Source: Podarcis vaucheri
Lineage: Eukaryota
NCBI GenBank assembly: GCA_965113315.1
Contig: OZ220372.1
Length of the DNA: 64,000 nt
Strand: one strand, 5' to 3'
Both the position numbers and the translations under genes were made by a program. Under the pieces are notes generated by a model, which was not told the DNA's origin, did not search any database, and worked only from the letters and a program-made list of their open reading frames with translations. Positions 21,469 to 35,392 of the stretch are shown in pieces. The number at the start of each line of letters is the position of its first letter. Position 1 is the stretch's first letter.

Positions 21469-24439
21469 AATACAAAAGGAAGATATAATTAACATTGGAG
21501 AGACACAGGTGATCTAGGCTTTTTTGTTTGGTATAGGTCGGCTGATCTTCTAAAAGAAAAATCTGAATTTGTTGTAGTTATTTTGTTTCACACAGAAGAA
21601 TGGCAGCCCTCAAGTTAACAATCAAGGGCATCTCTTGTTAAATAACTCCATTTGGCAAACTTGTGAAAGAACTTTGTCACCAGACAAAGTAGCTCATACT
21701 AGGCTAGATGGTCCAGTGATCCATGAAGGCTTCATCTGATAAAGGTAATGAATAGAAAACACCCTTAAAAATGAGACTTGTCACATTTTTCATGCATTTC
21801 AGTAGAGAAAATTACAAGAAAAGCTTGTTGTGGGGTGGGGAGTCAAGTTCTGTAGTCCTACAGCAATGTATGCAGTGGCCTCCACAGCAAGTGCAATTTT
21901 GGCCCCCCTGCTACTGCTACTACTACAGAGCAACAATAGGTAGAGCATCATGAGTTCAGCATAGATGTCTACACACCTGGAGCTTCCTGTGGTTTTCTGA
22001 GCCCTGCATTTCAAAACAGACTTGCAGAGAGGCACTCAAATGTGGGGAGAAGAATGTGCCATTGCAGACTTTTGCTTCACAGTGATTAATATACAAATTG
22101 GTTATTTAGCATGCTATTTGTGTTAGACGAATCTTAAGCAGTAACTTTGCTTCTTTATACATTTTTTTAAAAAAAATCAAGTTAAAAAGACACCAAAACC
22201 CCACACCTACATACATAAGTCACCATGTCCATAAATGACAAATCTTTTCTGTTAGTGAATTGCTGTCTACCTTGCCCTTAAAAAAAGAAAAGAATCTGAG
22301 CTTTCAGTGCCAGTGCTGCGCTATTCATGTACAATCTTTTTTTTTCTAATCCATGTTGCGTCCTGGGACGCAACAGTCCCAGGGAAATAACCAGGAGTCT
22401 AAAATGATATAGTTCTCTCAAGCAAAAGACCTTTTGGGTTGTCGCCAAAGGCTGCACCTAAACTCTTATGCAAGTGCACTTGGGCTACCTGCCCAACAGT
22501 TTGAAAACTCGCAGGCTACAGTTGTAAGCTCACAAGAAGCGGAGCTTTAGCAAGAAGCCAAATGCTGACAGTTGCCTAAGGTACTAACGGAAGGTTAAAG
22601 TAAGAATGCGGTGGGGGTGGGCATTCTCACATTTTACCTGTTCCATTATGTTTGCATGTGTTCCTGCAAGTTCTCATTCCAGAACTGAAGGAAAAGGTAC
22701 GTGCCGTGTTGAGCAGCATTGATCCAGTCAAATTTTAGCTCTTAGTTTTGGGTGCAGTTTCAAATTTTGTAAGTCGTAGAGAATAGCTGGTGCATGATAT
22801 TGATAAAGCACAGCCATGTGTGTGTTTTGGACACTAGGATTTCAGTCCTAACGACATGTATGTGAAAGTAAATTCCATTGAAGTCAGTGATATTTACCTC
22901 TGAGTGACTATGTTTTAATATCCCTTTTTAAGACTCCCATTTACATGCACAAGCATGTACTGGTGGGCGCAGCTCACCCCAGGAGGAAGAAATCAAATAT
23001 GTAATATCAGTGGAATTGTAGGAGACTGTAATGAGATGAGATAAACTGCTTATAATAGAAGGCTACTTGGCCAACCATTGAGGCAAGTAAGAATCACTTC
23101 CAGGGGATCATATACAAAAGTGTTTATATATGGAAGGGAAACAGTTTTTCCTTTTTCCTTTAGACTCTCAGTGTGCCACAAACGGCTATTGTGTGTACAT
23201 GAGAGCAAATATTCTAGCTCGGAATCAACATTTTGAAAAGTAACATTTGTGCTTCTGTTTGTGAGGCTCTTGTCAGTCCTCTCACCATTGCTTTATTGTT
23301 CTGCAACGGCAATTGTACTGTGTTGTCTTTTCCTTCTCCTGACTTTATTATCTCTGTTCCTGAAAGATAAGCTCTGTATCATAGGGGCTTTCCTGTGAAG
23401 CTCATCCTATTTTATAGTAGGCCATAGCAGGCTTATGTTGGGTTAAGCAGCTAGGCAAACTATACCTGAGTGTAGACTTTGAAATGAGCATTTGCGGCTA
23501 TTGAGGGGGCCATTGCTTATCCCATCCTCTTGTCTGTCTTGTATCTCCCCCACCATCTCCTTATGTTATGTTCATCTTTCCTCTCTGCCCCTTTCCTCTT
23601 TTTCTTCTCATTTTCCAGAGGAAGAGGAATGTGTGTCAAAGACAAAGAAACCATTAGTGTCCCCAGTGATGGCTCCTTTCCTAAGTCAAAAGTGAGAATT
23701 GGTGGTGAGGAGTCTTACAGAGGGCTGCTAAATATTTAGTGAAGGGATAAGAAAGAGGAAGATAAGAAATGTATGTGTATTTGAAGGCAAACCAGAACAT
23801 TCCATTCCAAGATTAGGCAGAGAGGGGAATACAGCATTATAGCTGGCAAATTACATTGTCTAGAGTGACTTTAGCAATTCAAAATAGATAAGCACAGATA
23901 TGGCTATCGTAGACTTCATTCCAACAGCTAGAAGACCTCCAGTGTACAGAGGGAGTGACAGTTTACTGTCCTATGGCATGTGGAGCCCCCCCCCTGCACT
24001 GCTTTATGTCCACCTCCCATATATTTTCGTTAAGTAAAAGGAACTACACTAACTAAAGCAGTTCCTGGGCTTGCTGTAGAAATACATCTGCCTCATCAGA
24101 AGCTATGCTTCTGACCTGAATTCTGTGGGTGGTATCAAACAAAGTAGTTCTGCTAGCACAATGACTACTTCACCCCTTCACCCATCCCTGTGTTCCCTTC
24201 TACCCTCCTCAGATCTGGTGCAGAAGGTTCAGAGAACCCCCCGAGCAGATTTTGGAAAATGGGGGAGGGGAGAGAAAGGGGAAGTTCTGTTGTGCAACCC
24301 AAAGTCCTTGTGCTAATGGAACAACTTTGTGCTAATGGAAAAACTACATTTTACTTCATTGTGCAGCTGTGTTTTGATTTCCCCCGATCTTAATCTTCTC
24401 CTTTGTTTTAGTGTAAGGAGATACAAAGTATTGTGTGCT

Positions 24440-25124
24440 TAGTGGAAATGAATAAATCTGTCAATTTCAGTTCTCTAACTTTTTCAGTCTCCACCCGACA
24501 ACTATTCCGTTATCCAGAATTCCATGGTAATTTGCTTTTTAAAAAAATCATGAATTTTTGTCTGCATTTCAGTTTGAATTTCTCCTTATAAACACATTTT
24601 TTGTCTGCAGCTTTGACTAATATGCCCATTTTTGCAAGTAATTTCTGTTAATGCAATGCATTTCAAGCGGTTATTTTCACTAATACAGTGGTGCCTTGGA
24701 TTACAGACACTTCAGGTTACAGACGCTTCAGGTTACAGACTCTGTTAACCCAGAAATAGTACCTTGGGTTAAGAACTTTGCTTCAGGATGAGAACAGAAA
24801 TCTTGCGGCAGTGGCGTGGCAGCAGCAGGAAGCCCCATTAGCTAAAGTGGTACCTCAGGTTAAGAACAGTTTCGGGTTAAGAACTGACCTCCAGAACGAA
24901 TTAAGTTCTTAACCTGAGGTACCACTGTACATGCATTCCCTTGTGCTTTCCATCCTAATATATTTATTTTTGTGCACAAGTGTTTGGCTGGAGAACTACA
25001 TCGCAAATTTCAGAGTACGAATTTCAAAGCATAGCTGGGATTTGGTTTGCATATTGGTTTGAGAGATGTGGAATAAGTAGTTTTTTTGTTAAAATGCAAA
25101 CAAAATTGAACTTCTCCATCCCTA
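24440..25124. mobile_element. Old AT-rich non-autonomous DNA element ending CATCCCTA, interrupted by a MITE
   Basis: Inverted homologue of 2960-3430. Confidence 0.6.
24686..24927. mobile_element. Tigger/pogo-like MITE, family A
   Basis: CAGTGGTGCCTTGG...GAGGTACCACTG, TA TSD. Confidence 0.92.
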
Positions 25125-26972
25125 GTGGTTAGTCAGAGGAGGACTAGCGAAAGAAACTATGTGGTTCTGATGCTACAGAAATAAAATGTATGTCCCTATC
25201 CCTGAATTTTCTGGTGCAGTCTGAAGTGGAGGTAACTGCTGTGGCTTAACGAAGCAACAGAGCCTGCTAAAAGGGAGTCTTAGCATAGGAGGCTTGTTTG
25301 GCACTTGAAGAAGCCTGTATGTTACTTGGAGCATGTAAGGTCAGAGTGTTGACACTCAGGAGGCAAAGCTCTTTCATGCTATCATTCAAGAACAGCTGGG
25401 ATAGCAAAGGGGATGGCGCTCACACATCAAACTCAGTGGTGCAGTGTGTTTTCTCAATAGAAGCGTGAGGCCAAGCAGCGAGGCAGTGGTGTGTGCAATG
25501 GTGTACAGGGTGGTTGGTCAAATAGATTTACTGCTTGGCTGTCTTCTTGGGAGCAGCTGCTACATCCCACAAAGAGCAGACAAACTGCACGATGGCCTTC
25601 TTGTATCTCAAAGTAAGTTTCTACACAACAAAGCAAGCAACACTCATCCGTATGTGCCAGACTTCCAGTTACAATTCAGTATGCAACTGCAATTTTTCGT
25701 ATAGTACAGAAGCAAGGATTACCGATGATGATAAGGTTCGAAAATACATACGAGGTGTAATATGTGTGCATTAGGTAGGAATGACAGTGAACTTGTCGGG
25801 AATAACTACGAGCTCTACTTCCTGAGCAAACCCAGGTGCAAAGCCCAGGTGTGCTCAGAAAGCTCCTTAATATTCCCTAAACCATCAGTCTGATCTTGTG
25901 CCCTGCAGGTGCAGTTAGAAGTTCACCTTCGTGCCACGGCTGTAAACAGCTCTGCACATAAGTGGAGATGCAGTCAAGAAAGTCTTGCTTTAGTACTCAA
26001 AAAAGTGCTTGATTTCATTGAACTCGGAGTGCTGAAGACCGTTTTTCTGCCAACTTGTTGGTTAGAAAGGAATGGAGCTGTATGGTGAGGCATGCAGTTT
26101 GAACCCGTGCATGCTTGCTTGAGAGTAAGTCTTCGTGGTTTGTTCAGGAAAGTGGACGAAGATCAGGATTGTGAGCCGGGGAGATAGAAGTGTTAGAGGA
26201 CTGCATATTGTCCTCAGCTGTTGTCATTGCAAGCTTGACCGCAAAGTACTTCTACTCCAGAGATTTTCTGCAGCAGGAAGCTCTTAACAGTTTTGCTCGT
26301 GAAATTATTGCCTCGTGATAAAGTGCCATGCAAATTGGATGGACAGGAACATGCACAACAAAGCATTAGGTAGATCGAGAGAGTAATATCTGCTTTTCCA
26401 CAATGGTAGATTTTAAATTTATTTCAGCTGACTGTTTATAGCAACATGAATTGCATAAGACCTTAGCGGCTGCTTAAAAACTTCTTTTAATGTCAAGTGC
26501 TGGCAGGCAGGCAGGCAGGCAGTCAACAATGCAAGACTCAAATGCCTCGCATTAACTTTGGGGCGAGGGCACATTGTGGTCCAAAGTTTCTGTTCTGAGA
26601 TTATTGTGATTATTTTTAAAAGCTCCACCACCCCAACAAGTTTATTGTTACCTATGGCCGTGTTCTCGTTTCAAAAAATCTTTGAAGCAGAAAGAGTAAT
26701 GTTTATGTCCAACGATTTTCTGCCAGACCACATAGGAGCCCAAAGGAGGAGGAGATACCAACTTCTAAATCTGAACACTAATGTTTAGTGGAATTTGGAA
26801 TTATCAGACGGCATCAAATTCAGTGAAAGGTCTAAAGAAATTGATAAGCACACAATGCTTTGTACATCAGTAGGCACCCTGCTTGAAATTGGGAACAAAA
26901 CTTTTAGTTCTAAAACCTTGGTCTGGTTTTTGATATTGGTCCTAAGTCTGACATTGCCTTCTTTCTTCAATG

Positions 26973-27218
26973 AGCCAGTATGGTGTAGTGGTTAAGAGCA
27001 GTAGACTCGTAATCTGGTGAAGAGGGTTCACGTCTCCACTTCTCCACATGCAGCTGCTGGGTGACCTTGGGCCAGTCACACTTCTCTGAAGTCTCTCAGC
27101 CCCACTCACCTCACAGAGTGTTTGTTGTGAGGGAGGAAGGGAAAGGAGAATGTTAGCCGCTTTGAGACTCCTTCTGGTAGTGATAAAGCAGGATATCAAA
27201 TCCAAACTCTTCTTCTTC
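26973..27218 (+). mobile_element. tRNA-derived SINE with (TTC)n tail
   Basis: Same family as 14688-14965. Confidence 0.9.
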
Positions 27219-27751
27219 AGTGCTGGCAAGAGGAATGTGAAGAATATTAGACCTTCTCTGTCTGCTCCCACCCCCCTATCCTGTTGTGTGAATTGGATCC
27301 CTTGGGTTGTCCTTGTTGAGCTGCCTTGTTAACCTTTCAGGTCACCACATCCAGCCAATTGTTTTTGCAGTTTAGACAAAAATCACTCTTCATAAAGGCT
27401 CTGTTTCCCTGCAAACTCTTTCTTATTTATCTAGCTAAAAATGCTGCTGCAGGTTACCAACCAAGTATGCATTCCTGACCTTTTCTTATTACTGCCACCC
27501 AAGAAAGGTCACCATGCTGGGTACTGCACTTTAGGTATAGAATTGCCCGACCTGAATGCATCTGGCTGAACCTCATTTGGTCAATGGTTCAGCATACTTG
27601 AGCATTTCCAAGAAGCTAGCCATGATCACCCACCCTCTGTTGTGCAGCATGTAGGTAGCAGAAAGGACAGAGTATGTTGCATCAAACATCTTAAACTTCA
27701 TAATAATTTGGCCTCCATTAATTATCTTTCGGTACACTGCTTTTGCATGTA

Positions 27752-27977
27752 CAGTGGTACCTCTGGTTATGTACTTAATTAGTTCCAGAGGTCCGTTCTT
27801 AACCTGAAACTGTTCTTAACATGAAGTACTACTTTAGCTAATGGGGCCTCCTGCTGCCGCTGCGCCGCCACCGTGCGATTTCTGTTCTCATCTTGAAGCA
27901 AAGTTCTTAACCCGAGGTACTATTTCTGGGTTAACAGAGTCTGTAACCTGACGCGTATGTAACCTGAGGTACCACTA
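27752..27977. mobile_element. Tigger/pogo-like MITE, family A
   Basis: CAGTGGTACCTC...GAGGTACCACTA, TA flanks. Confidence 0.92.
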
Positions 27978-28881
27978 TATTTTCCTACTTCATTTGCCCT
28001 TTGCAAAGCACCCAAATGGCAAAGGAACCAAGCCATTGAAGTAGCTTTCCAAGTGTTCCTCTGGCCTCATATACAGCTTTGGAGAGCTAGCTCCAAATGT
28101 CACTGTATCAGGATGTGACTGCATGGCTTTTTTTCCTGCTCTAAGGCATGTGGAACTCATTCAGGTGCTCAGTCTCATGTGGAAAGTGCCCAGTTCCATC
28201 TAGTAGTGGCTGGAACATCCTGCACTGTTTATCTGCTGCTTCAAGCTTTTCCTGCAGTGGTCAGTAGTGGACTTCATGGCTCCCTTTCCATGGATTCCGA
28301 AAGACCAAGCCAAGCCAGACACTAGCAATGCTTGACTACTGTGCTGTGGAGCAGGCAGTCCCACTGAACTTCTTTTTATGCCAAGAAAGCATGGAGAAAG
28401 TGATCATCATCATTTTTAAAATAGTTGTGTGGACTACCAATATGTTCTCCTTATGCAAGGATTGAGTCGACATTGTACAAAACCTCTACATAATTATTCC
28501 ATCCCTTTTCTTCTCAGACTTCATATCCATGATCTCTGCTAATAAGTGCATGTATGTACTTTTAAAAATATTGCATTCATCAATATTGCATTTAGAGAGT
28601 GGCAAATCTCAATAACGTAGCTGTGTTAAAAGTAAAATTCATTTTTTTTTTTGCCCTTTGGTGTTTTAGCTGAATGGATATTACACATAGTCATTATAGA
28701 ATCAAACTACCTATGTTCAGGTGTGTTTGATTCTGTACCTAAATTTTGAACCATAATCTAATTATTTTGACAATTTTGGTCATGTGCAGGATTTAGAATT
28801 TAACTATGTAGTAATCTGATTTATCTACCCAAACACCTGGTTCAGTTAAGTTCACATTGAAGTGAATTGAAATTCCAAACA

Positions 28882-28955
28882 ATGAATGTTTGACCAAAAA
28901 TCCACTGACATAAACTGAAACGTTTATGTCCGTGGATTTTTGGTCAAACATTCAT
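28882..28955. repeat. Near-perfect inverted repeat (34-bp arms, 6-nt loop)
   Basis: ATGAATGTTTGACCAAAAATCCACTGACATAAAC-TGAAAC-GTTTATGTCCGTGGATTTTTGGTCAAACATTCAT; 33 of 34 positions pair. Confidence 0.95.
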
Positions 28956-29549
28956 GGCTTGGAAAATTTAAAAAAAAAAACACATAACAGGGAAGTCATG
29001 AATTTTCACTGTATGTCCACCATTTTTGTTTTTTAAAAACAATCTTTTGACCATATTTTAGTACTTATCTAATTGAAAGATTTATGGGGATGTTTAGTTA
29101 GTCTGACAGCACCAAGCTGAACTCTGTAGCTGAGTTCCAGTCTGGTATGACTGGTAAAACAGCATGTACTTTTGGCCGTTCTTTCGGTGTTGTTCAAGTG
29201 ATGTCAGGAATCACAGTGAACAAGAAATGAATTGTTTCCCCGTTGAACCTGTTTGAGAAATTAGAAGCTGCTATTTGAACTGTTGCTTACAAACGTAATT
29301 TCTAGGTACGAATTTATCTTCATATTGTAAGTTCTAATAGTCGGGGGGGGGAGGAGATACCCATAGGTTTTGAGGGTTACTGATTTATTTGTATGTTTTG
29401 GAATACTAAAAGAAAACAGAAACAGAAAGATCATTCTCGACAGCGACAGCAGTTCCCGCCTTGTACAGCTGTGGGCAACTTATGGGCGAGGGCGAGAAAA
29501 GCTTCCCATGCTATTGGCTGGCCAATGTCATCAGCCCCAGTTGGTGGTG

Positions 29550-30270
29550 GGGAGTGACAGGACTCCCCTACCTCTTTTGACATTAAATTGACCAATCAGA
29601 AGCCAGTGGAGTGGGAATTTGGAGATGGACCTGGGAAAGTCTGTTTCCACCCAGATCCACATCTCCAAATTATAAAAGCCACCTTCCAACAATCCCCAGT
29701 GAGCATCCCATCCTCCCACTCTCCATAAATTTGGCTCCACTTGAAGGTAAACAGGTGGTATATGTGTTTATGACCTTGTTGAGGAGTGACTGAGTTGCCA
29801 TATTTGTGGCCAGGGAAGAATTTGCCTGCAGACCAATTGGGCCTGTTTAGAGGTTTTCCCTGCCTCGCAGCAATTGCCACAATGTCTTGGTGGGAAAAGG
29901 CATTGGGTTGCATCCTTTGTCTAATTAGGGGTGTGTGAAGGAGCTATGCCCCCCTCTCCTCAGGATCAAAGAATCAGCACCCTGGTTATGGAGTCCAAGG
30001 AGGAGGATCCTGTCCATATGCCCAGAAAGGGGCTAAGGGGCCATGGAACTCCCCAGTTGGCATCCTGGAGGGGTCACCTGTATTTGATGTGCATCATATG
30101 GGGATCCTTAACCCAGGATTGACCCTGATGGAATTAATCAGCCAGCAACCAAGATGGCATACCCAGTGCTAAAGCCAAAGCCTACTTACATCTGTAATCA
30201 ATAAAGTAACCAGTTTGATCTCCCCCAAAGGTTGCAATGTTGTTTATTGCTTCTTATGCCCCTACCTCAG
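29550..30270 (+). mobile_element. Unclassified LTR-like or DIRS/Ngaro-like remnant
   Basis: CCAAT (GACCAATCAG ~29590), TATAAAAG (29671) and CAATAAAG (~30200) in LTR-like order. No TSD or coding remnant seen. Confidence 0.35.
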
Positions 30271-31310
30271 CAACCTCAAGCTTCCTGCGATTGGCCTGCA
30301 AAATAATTTGCCAGAAGCAATTGCTTAAGGCTTTTAATGCATTTATTTAATACAAATATATCCAATAGTTTCTTGGTCAGATTTAAGTTAAATGTCTACT
30401 GGGGATAATTTGTGTGTGTGCTGCTAACAAGTGGAGTAAGTGAGAAATCTTGGGTGCATTTCTGTAGCTAACGACATTGAAATATATATATTTTCACTTT
30501 GTGTCTATCTAAAATGCTGCATCCGTGAAAAGCAAATGTATTCACTAAACAGCTAAACAATAGGATTCTGCATTTTGTTTGATGAGTGCATTTAAAATTG
30601 TTGTTAGTCCTAGAGATGAATCTAGAGGATAAATGCAGGCGACATATTCCTTATTCACCCCATCTTTCTAATGGGCTGGGTACTTTGCTCTGCTCATCAC
30701 AAGTTTCTTACGGCAGTTTTCTCCCCCATATAATATTAATCTCTTCTCATAAAGTGTTTTGAACTTCATTTATGAAAAAAGGTCAAATAGGAGGTATCTA
30801 TTATTATTCTAATCGTTGCCATAAATCAGTTCGGGTGTCACTCTGTTCCATGCAAATGAACACAGCACAGCTTGTATCCTAGTTGATTTCCTGTCCTCGT
30901 TTCCCTTCCTCTGTTCCTTCTGCCAGTCCCTTAGGAAGTTGTCTAAAAGCTGACTCTTAGCACTTTAGAAATGGTGGCACTAGCCATTTCACTCCACTGT
31001 CAACCTGAATGAAAGAATGAACGAATGAATGAGCACATTAATGAAGGGAGTGGGGAGGGGGAGAGCAGAAACTTATGAAAGGAGAAAGACAATAGGGAAT
31101 GGCAAGAACATCCCTTGCACAAGGTGAGGATGAATGCTGAGCACAAATAGGGAGGGAAAGTGAAACAGAAAAGATTTTTTTAAAAAATAAGTTGTCTAAT
31201 TCATTGCGTTCAAAAACCCTCTCCTAGAGCAACTGAACCAAAGCTGTAAGACAGGTGGGGAATAGGGTCCCTATTTTTTCCACCCTCCCATGTCAGCTAA
31301 CGGTAGAGGT

Positions 31311-31621
31311 ATAAGGGACCCCTGACCATTAGGTCCAGTTGTGATCGACTCTGGGGTTGCGGCGCTCATCTCACTTTATTGGCTGAGGGAGTCGGCGTAC
31401 AGCTTCCGGGTCATGTGGCCATCATGACTAAGCTGCTTCTGGCGAATCAGAGCAGTGCACGGAAATGCCATTTACCTTCCCACCGGAGTGGTACCTATTT
31501 ATCTACTTGGACTTTCTGGTGTGGTTTCGAACTGCTAGGTTGGCAGGAGCAGGGACCGAGCAACGGGAGTTCACCCCGTCGCAGGGATTCAAACTGCCGA
31601 CCTTCTGATTGGCAAGTCCTA
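31311..31621 (-). mobile_element. Sauria SINE, 5'-truncated
   Basis: Nearly colinear with 10188-10495. Confidence 0.92.
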
Positions 31622-32269
31622 CCTGATGTCATAATGATTTCTGGTGACTGACACTTGTTAAAGCTCAAAAGGAGGTTGACGTAACCCCTGATCGGTGGTC
31701 ACAGTAACCTCTTGATGGCACGGCTTTAAGGGGCATGCCTTCAGAGGGGCTTGTTGTAACTGCCAATCAGCTGTTTACAGGGATTCCTTGTCAAGTCAGT
31801 TTGAAGGAAGTGGTTTGCATTGAAACCATCTCCTCTGTGTGATACGTTTCCCCCCTCTGCAGACATCTGCGATTTGAGGAAGTGGTTTAAAACCAAACCG
31901 CTTCTCAGCTGCGCTTGCGTCCTTTATGAGGAACTAACACCTTAATGCAGTCAAGCCCAGCAAGGCTCCCAGCATCGTTCACTGTAAGCTCCCGATGGTT
32001 CCTTTGCAGCCACAACTGTACCTGCCCCACACCTGGTGCTCTTATAAGAACCCAGAAATAACTGTCACACTGCAGAGAATAGCCAGTTTGGTTGGCATCT
32101 TTTAGTTAGCTTCAGAGGTGAAATGCAAGTTGTTGCTTCACTTCTGCTAATTAAAAGGAGCATTTATGTCAAACCTAAATAAAATAGTTAACATGCTAAA
32201 GAAGAAGGCCACCTAAACTACTCATTGCTGTATTTTAGAGTTTCCACTGCTGTGAGAGCAGAGATATTT

Positions 32270-32830
32270 CCAGGCCCCCCAAGTGTCCCTGTTTTCCAGG
32301 GACGTCCCTGATTTAGAGAAGCCATCTCAGTTTATGATTCGATCCTGGAATGTCTCACCTTTCCTTAGGCTGTCCCTATTTTCATTGGAGAAATGTTGGA
32401 GGGTATGGAGTTATCCGACCCACAAGCTGTCTGAAGGCAATCCTGTATAGGGGAGGTTTTTTAAAAAATAATAATGTTTTATTATGTTTTTATATACAGT
32501 GGTACCTCAGGTTAAGAACTTAATTCATTTTGGAGGTCTGTTCTTAACCTGAAGCACCACTTTAGCTAATGGGGCCTCCCGCCACGCGGCCGCTGCATGA
32601 TTTCTGTTCTCATCCTGAAGCAAAGCTCTTAACCAGAGGTACTATTTCTGGGTTAGCGGAGTCTGTAACCTGAAGCATCTGTAACCTGAAGTGTCTGTAA
32701 CCTAAGGTACCACTATATGTTGAAAGCTGCCCAGAGTGGTTGGGCAACCAGTAAGCTGAGTATAAATAGTAAAATTTTCATTGTGGAATGGGACGTCCCT
32801 CTTTTCATCAGAGAAATGTTGGAGGGTATG
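32270..32830. mobile_element. Composite repeat with duplicated AGAAATGTTGGAGGGTATG end, containing a MITE
   Basis: GTCCCT.TTTTCAT..GAGAAATGTTGGAGGGTATG ends at 32407 and again at 32830, with L2-tail-like sequence between. Confidence 0.55.
32497..32715. mobile_element. Tigger/pogo-like MITE, family A
   Basis: CAGTGGTACCTCAGG...AGGTACCACTA, TA flanks. Confidence 0.9.
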
Positions 32831-33949
32831 TATTTCACCCACAGCCCCATAAAGGGTTGGACATAATAAGATGTGGCTGTTGGCCAAAGGCCCTCGTAGT
32901 TTAGCACCATCTTCTCACAGTGACCAACTAGATTTCTGTGGGAAACATGCACTCTGTGGGAAACAGCGTTCTGACATCCTGTAATTTGCAGCAACTATTC
33001 AGAGCCTGTGACAATGTAGGCGGAACCTTGCCATCATGGCTGGTTTCCAAGGAACTTTCTTTCAAATTAAGCCTGACTCAGTTCACACCTGAGGGCTAGT
33101 ATCCTGTGCACATTTACTTGGGTGTAACTGAACTCAGTGGGAATTGCTTCTGGGTATGGATTGTGGTACTGAAGGGGAATATTACTCCTAGTTTTCTATT
33201 AAGTAATAAAGAAATGTTATTTGTACCATTTCTGGTAAAGGAGGCTTATTGGAAATATTTGCAGTGTTGGGAAATATCATCAGCTGATTCATGTGGGAAT
33301 CCTTAAAGCACAGTCTGGAGCTCTTAAGTTGACTAACAGGAGACAAGTTATCGGCAGAAGGTGAACCCAGGATCTATTGCAGCTCCAAAGCCTTTCTTAA
33401 TACTCTAGCAACATTTCAGCAACACCACTGGAAGAACCACTGGCCAAATATTCAGCGATTTTCTTTTTAATCCTTTTACCCCTTTAAAAGTTTACACATT
33501 GAATGTTTTACAGGGGGAAATCAGCTAAGTAAATGTTTGTGTGAGGAGATGGAGGTTTTTGCCCTGTCTGTAATCTTACTTAGTGGTAAAAAAAGGAGAA
33601 TTTATCGGTGTGTGCACACATAGAAGAACACAGTTGTACATAAAACAGGGTTGGGCAGAGGGTAACGTTATTGATATATCCCTGGGTGACTTGCTGCGGA
33701 TTGGTAAGGGTTTCTATCTCCTCTCCCAGCTTTTTAGTAATAGCAGCAACAAAATGACTGCCCTGCCCCAAATTATACAGCTGATAGAGAGCTTGGAAAG
33801 ACCAGGAGTGGTGTTTTGGGTTCAAGGCTGTTGGACATCATTTGGTACTGGTCCTCCAGATCCTAGGTTCAGAATACTTTAGTGTTTAATGTCTTACTGT
33901 TGTGCCAAGCATGGAGTAACAATAATAAATAAAAACGATATTAGTAATA

Positions 33950-34354
33950 ATTAGGACAAAGGTTTTGTGCAACTGATATATTATCCAAAACCAGTTTGAA
34001 GTCTGTATTGTGATATCAGTTTCATAATTTTTGACTGGGCAATATATTATGAATCGTGGTGTGTGTGTGTGTATGCGCGCGCGCGCATCTGTGCTATGGA
34101 AAAAACACAACATGGGAAAAACCGTGAAGCCAGCCAATGCTTCTCTCAATTCCTGCAGCCCCTGCCATCTCAGTTCTCTGCCTCATGCAAGGGGCAGTGA
34201 ATCACAAAGAGCAGCCGCTGGCAAAAATCACAATGTAGGGAAAACCATGCAGCCAACCAATACCTCTACATAGCTCCATCCTTATTGTCAGTATATCACA
34301 ATATTTAGCTGGTGATCTGTTACAGTGTTGAAAACCAGATATTGCCCAGTCCTA
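33950..34354. mobile_element. Old hAT-like non-autonomous element
   Basis: Ends GATATTGCCCAGTCCTA, with complementary GACTGGGCAATAT at 34033 and two internal AAAA.CACAA..GGGAAAA.C.TG.AGCCA.CCAAT repeats. Confidence 0.5.
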
Positions 34355-35392
34355 GTAATAATAACAGCAAAGTAGGAACAGTAAGTGTAAAGTCTTCTTA
34401 CTTCTGGTGTAGACATGGGAGAACTAGTTCAATAGTGTTAGGGCTAAATGTGATGCATCCCTTGAAACACACTGCCTGTTTTCAATGACACATTGTGGGT
34501 TTGACCCATGAACAGGAATCGACCTTCCTGTTGTATTATGCTCACTGGTTTTAAATTGCACAAAACAAGCATGGCCCCAAACTCTTCTTTCCAGTCTTCT
34601 GAAGGGGCCTGTTGTAGGGAGACCTATATTAAGTAAATAGAAAAAGAACAGGAGGAAGAATGCTGAACCATATCCATACTTATCATTTCTGCGACAGTTA
34701 ACACAGAAACAGGAGAAGGGACCCTGCCTTATTTCCAGGGTTAAGACTATACAAAGCCTTGTGCAAGATCAAATGATGGGATGGGTGGATTTCCCACAAG
34801 TCGTTCTTCAGATATAAGAGAACTCTGTTTTCTGGAACTAGCCAGCTGGGATTCTTGGTTTCACAATTCTTACTGCTTCAGTTGGTAATTTCAATTGTGT
34901 TAGTTGACTCCTGCCAAGTTCATTAACCTTTTGTGGCTTCCCCTTCCTCCCGCCTCTAACAACTTCCAGAGAAAGGAACTGTTTGTATTTGTTTTGCTAA
35001 AAGGGTGGACTTGAATTCTTGAGATGAGCCCCGCTGAGGACGGAACTTCTTGTGTTTGGTTGAACTCTTACCACCAAGGGTGACACAGTTTTGCTCTTTT
35101 GACTCTGCCAGGAGAGAATCCATCTATTTGTTTCCTCACCTGCAACAGTGTTTATTTGGATCCTGCTGTGGGGAGAAATGGACTGTCTACTTCCTTGGCT
35201 GGAAGGAAGCCCCCAGAAACTGTTCACTATCCAGAAGAGAAACGGGCTTATTTCAAATGTCTTTGTCTCTCCCTGCAGCCTAAGGATGAGTGAGCCTTTG
35301 TGTCAGGGAACATGTCTTCTGGAGTGACTTTTCTTAGAAGCATGAAGGGACAAAAGTGGAGGCAAGGAGACAAAAGAAATGCACCTTGGTAG

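Noticed and set aside
20780-21475. 231-aa ORF as a host gene
   Set aside because: It is the C-terminal part of CR1 ORF2 in a 5'-truncated copy lacking the endonuclease and RT core.
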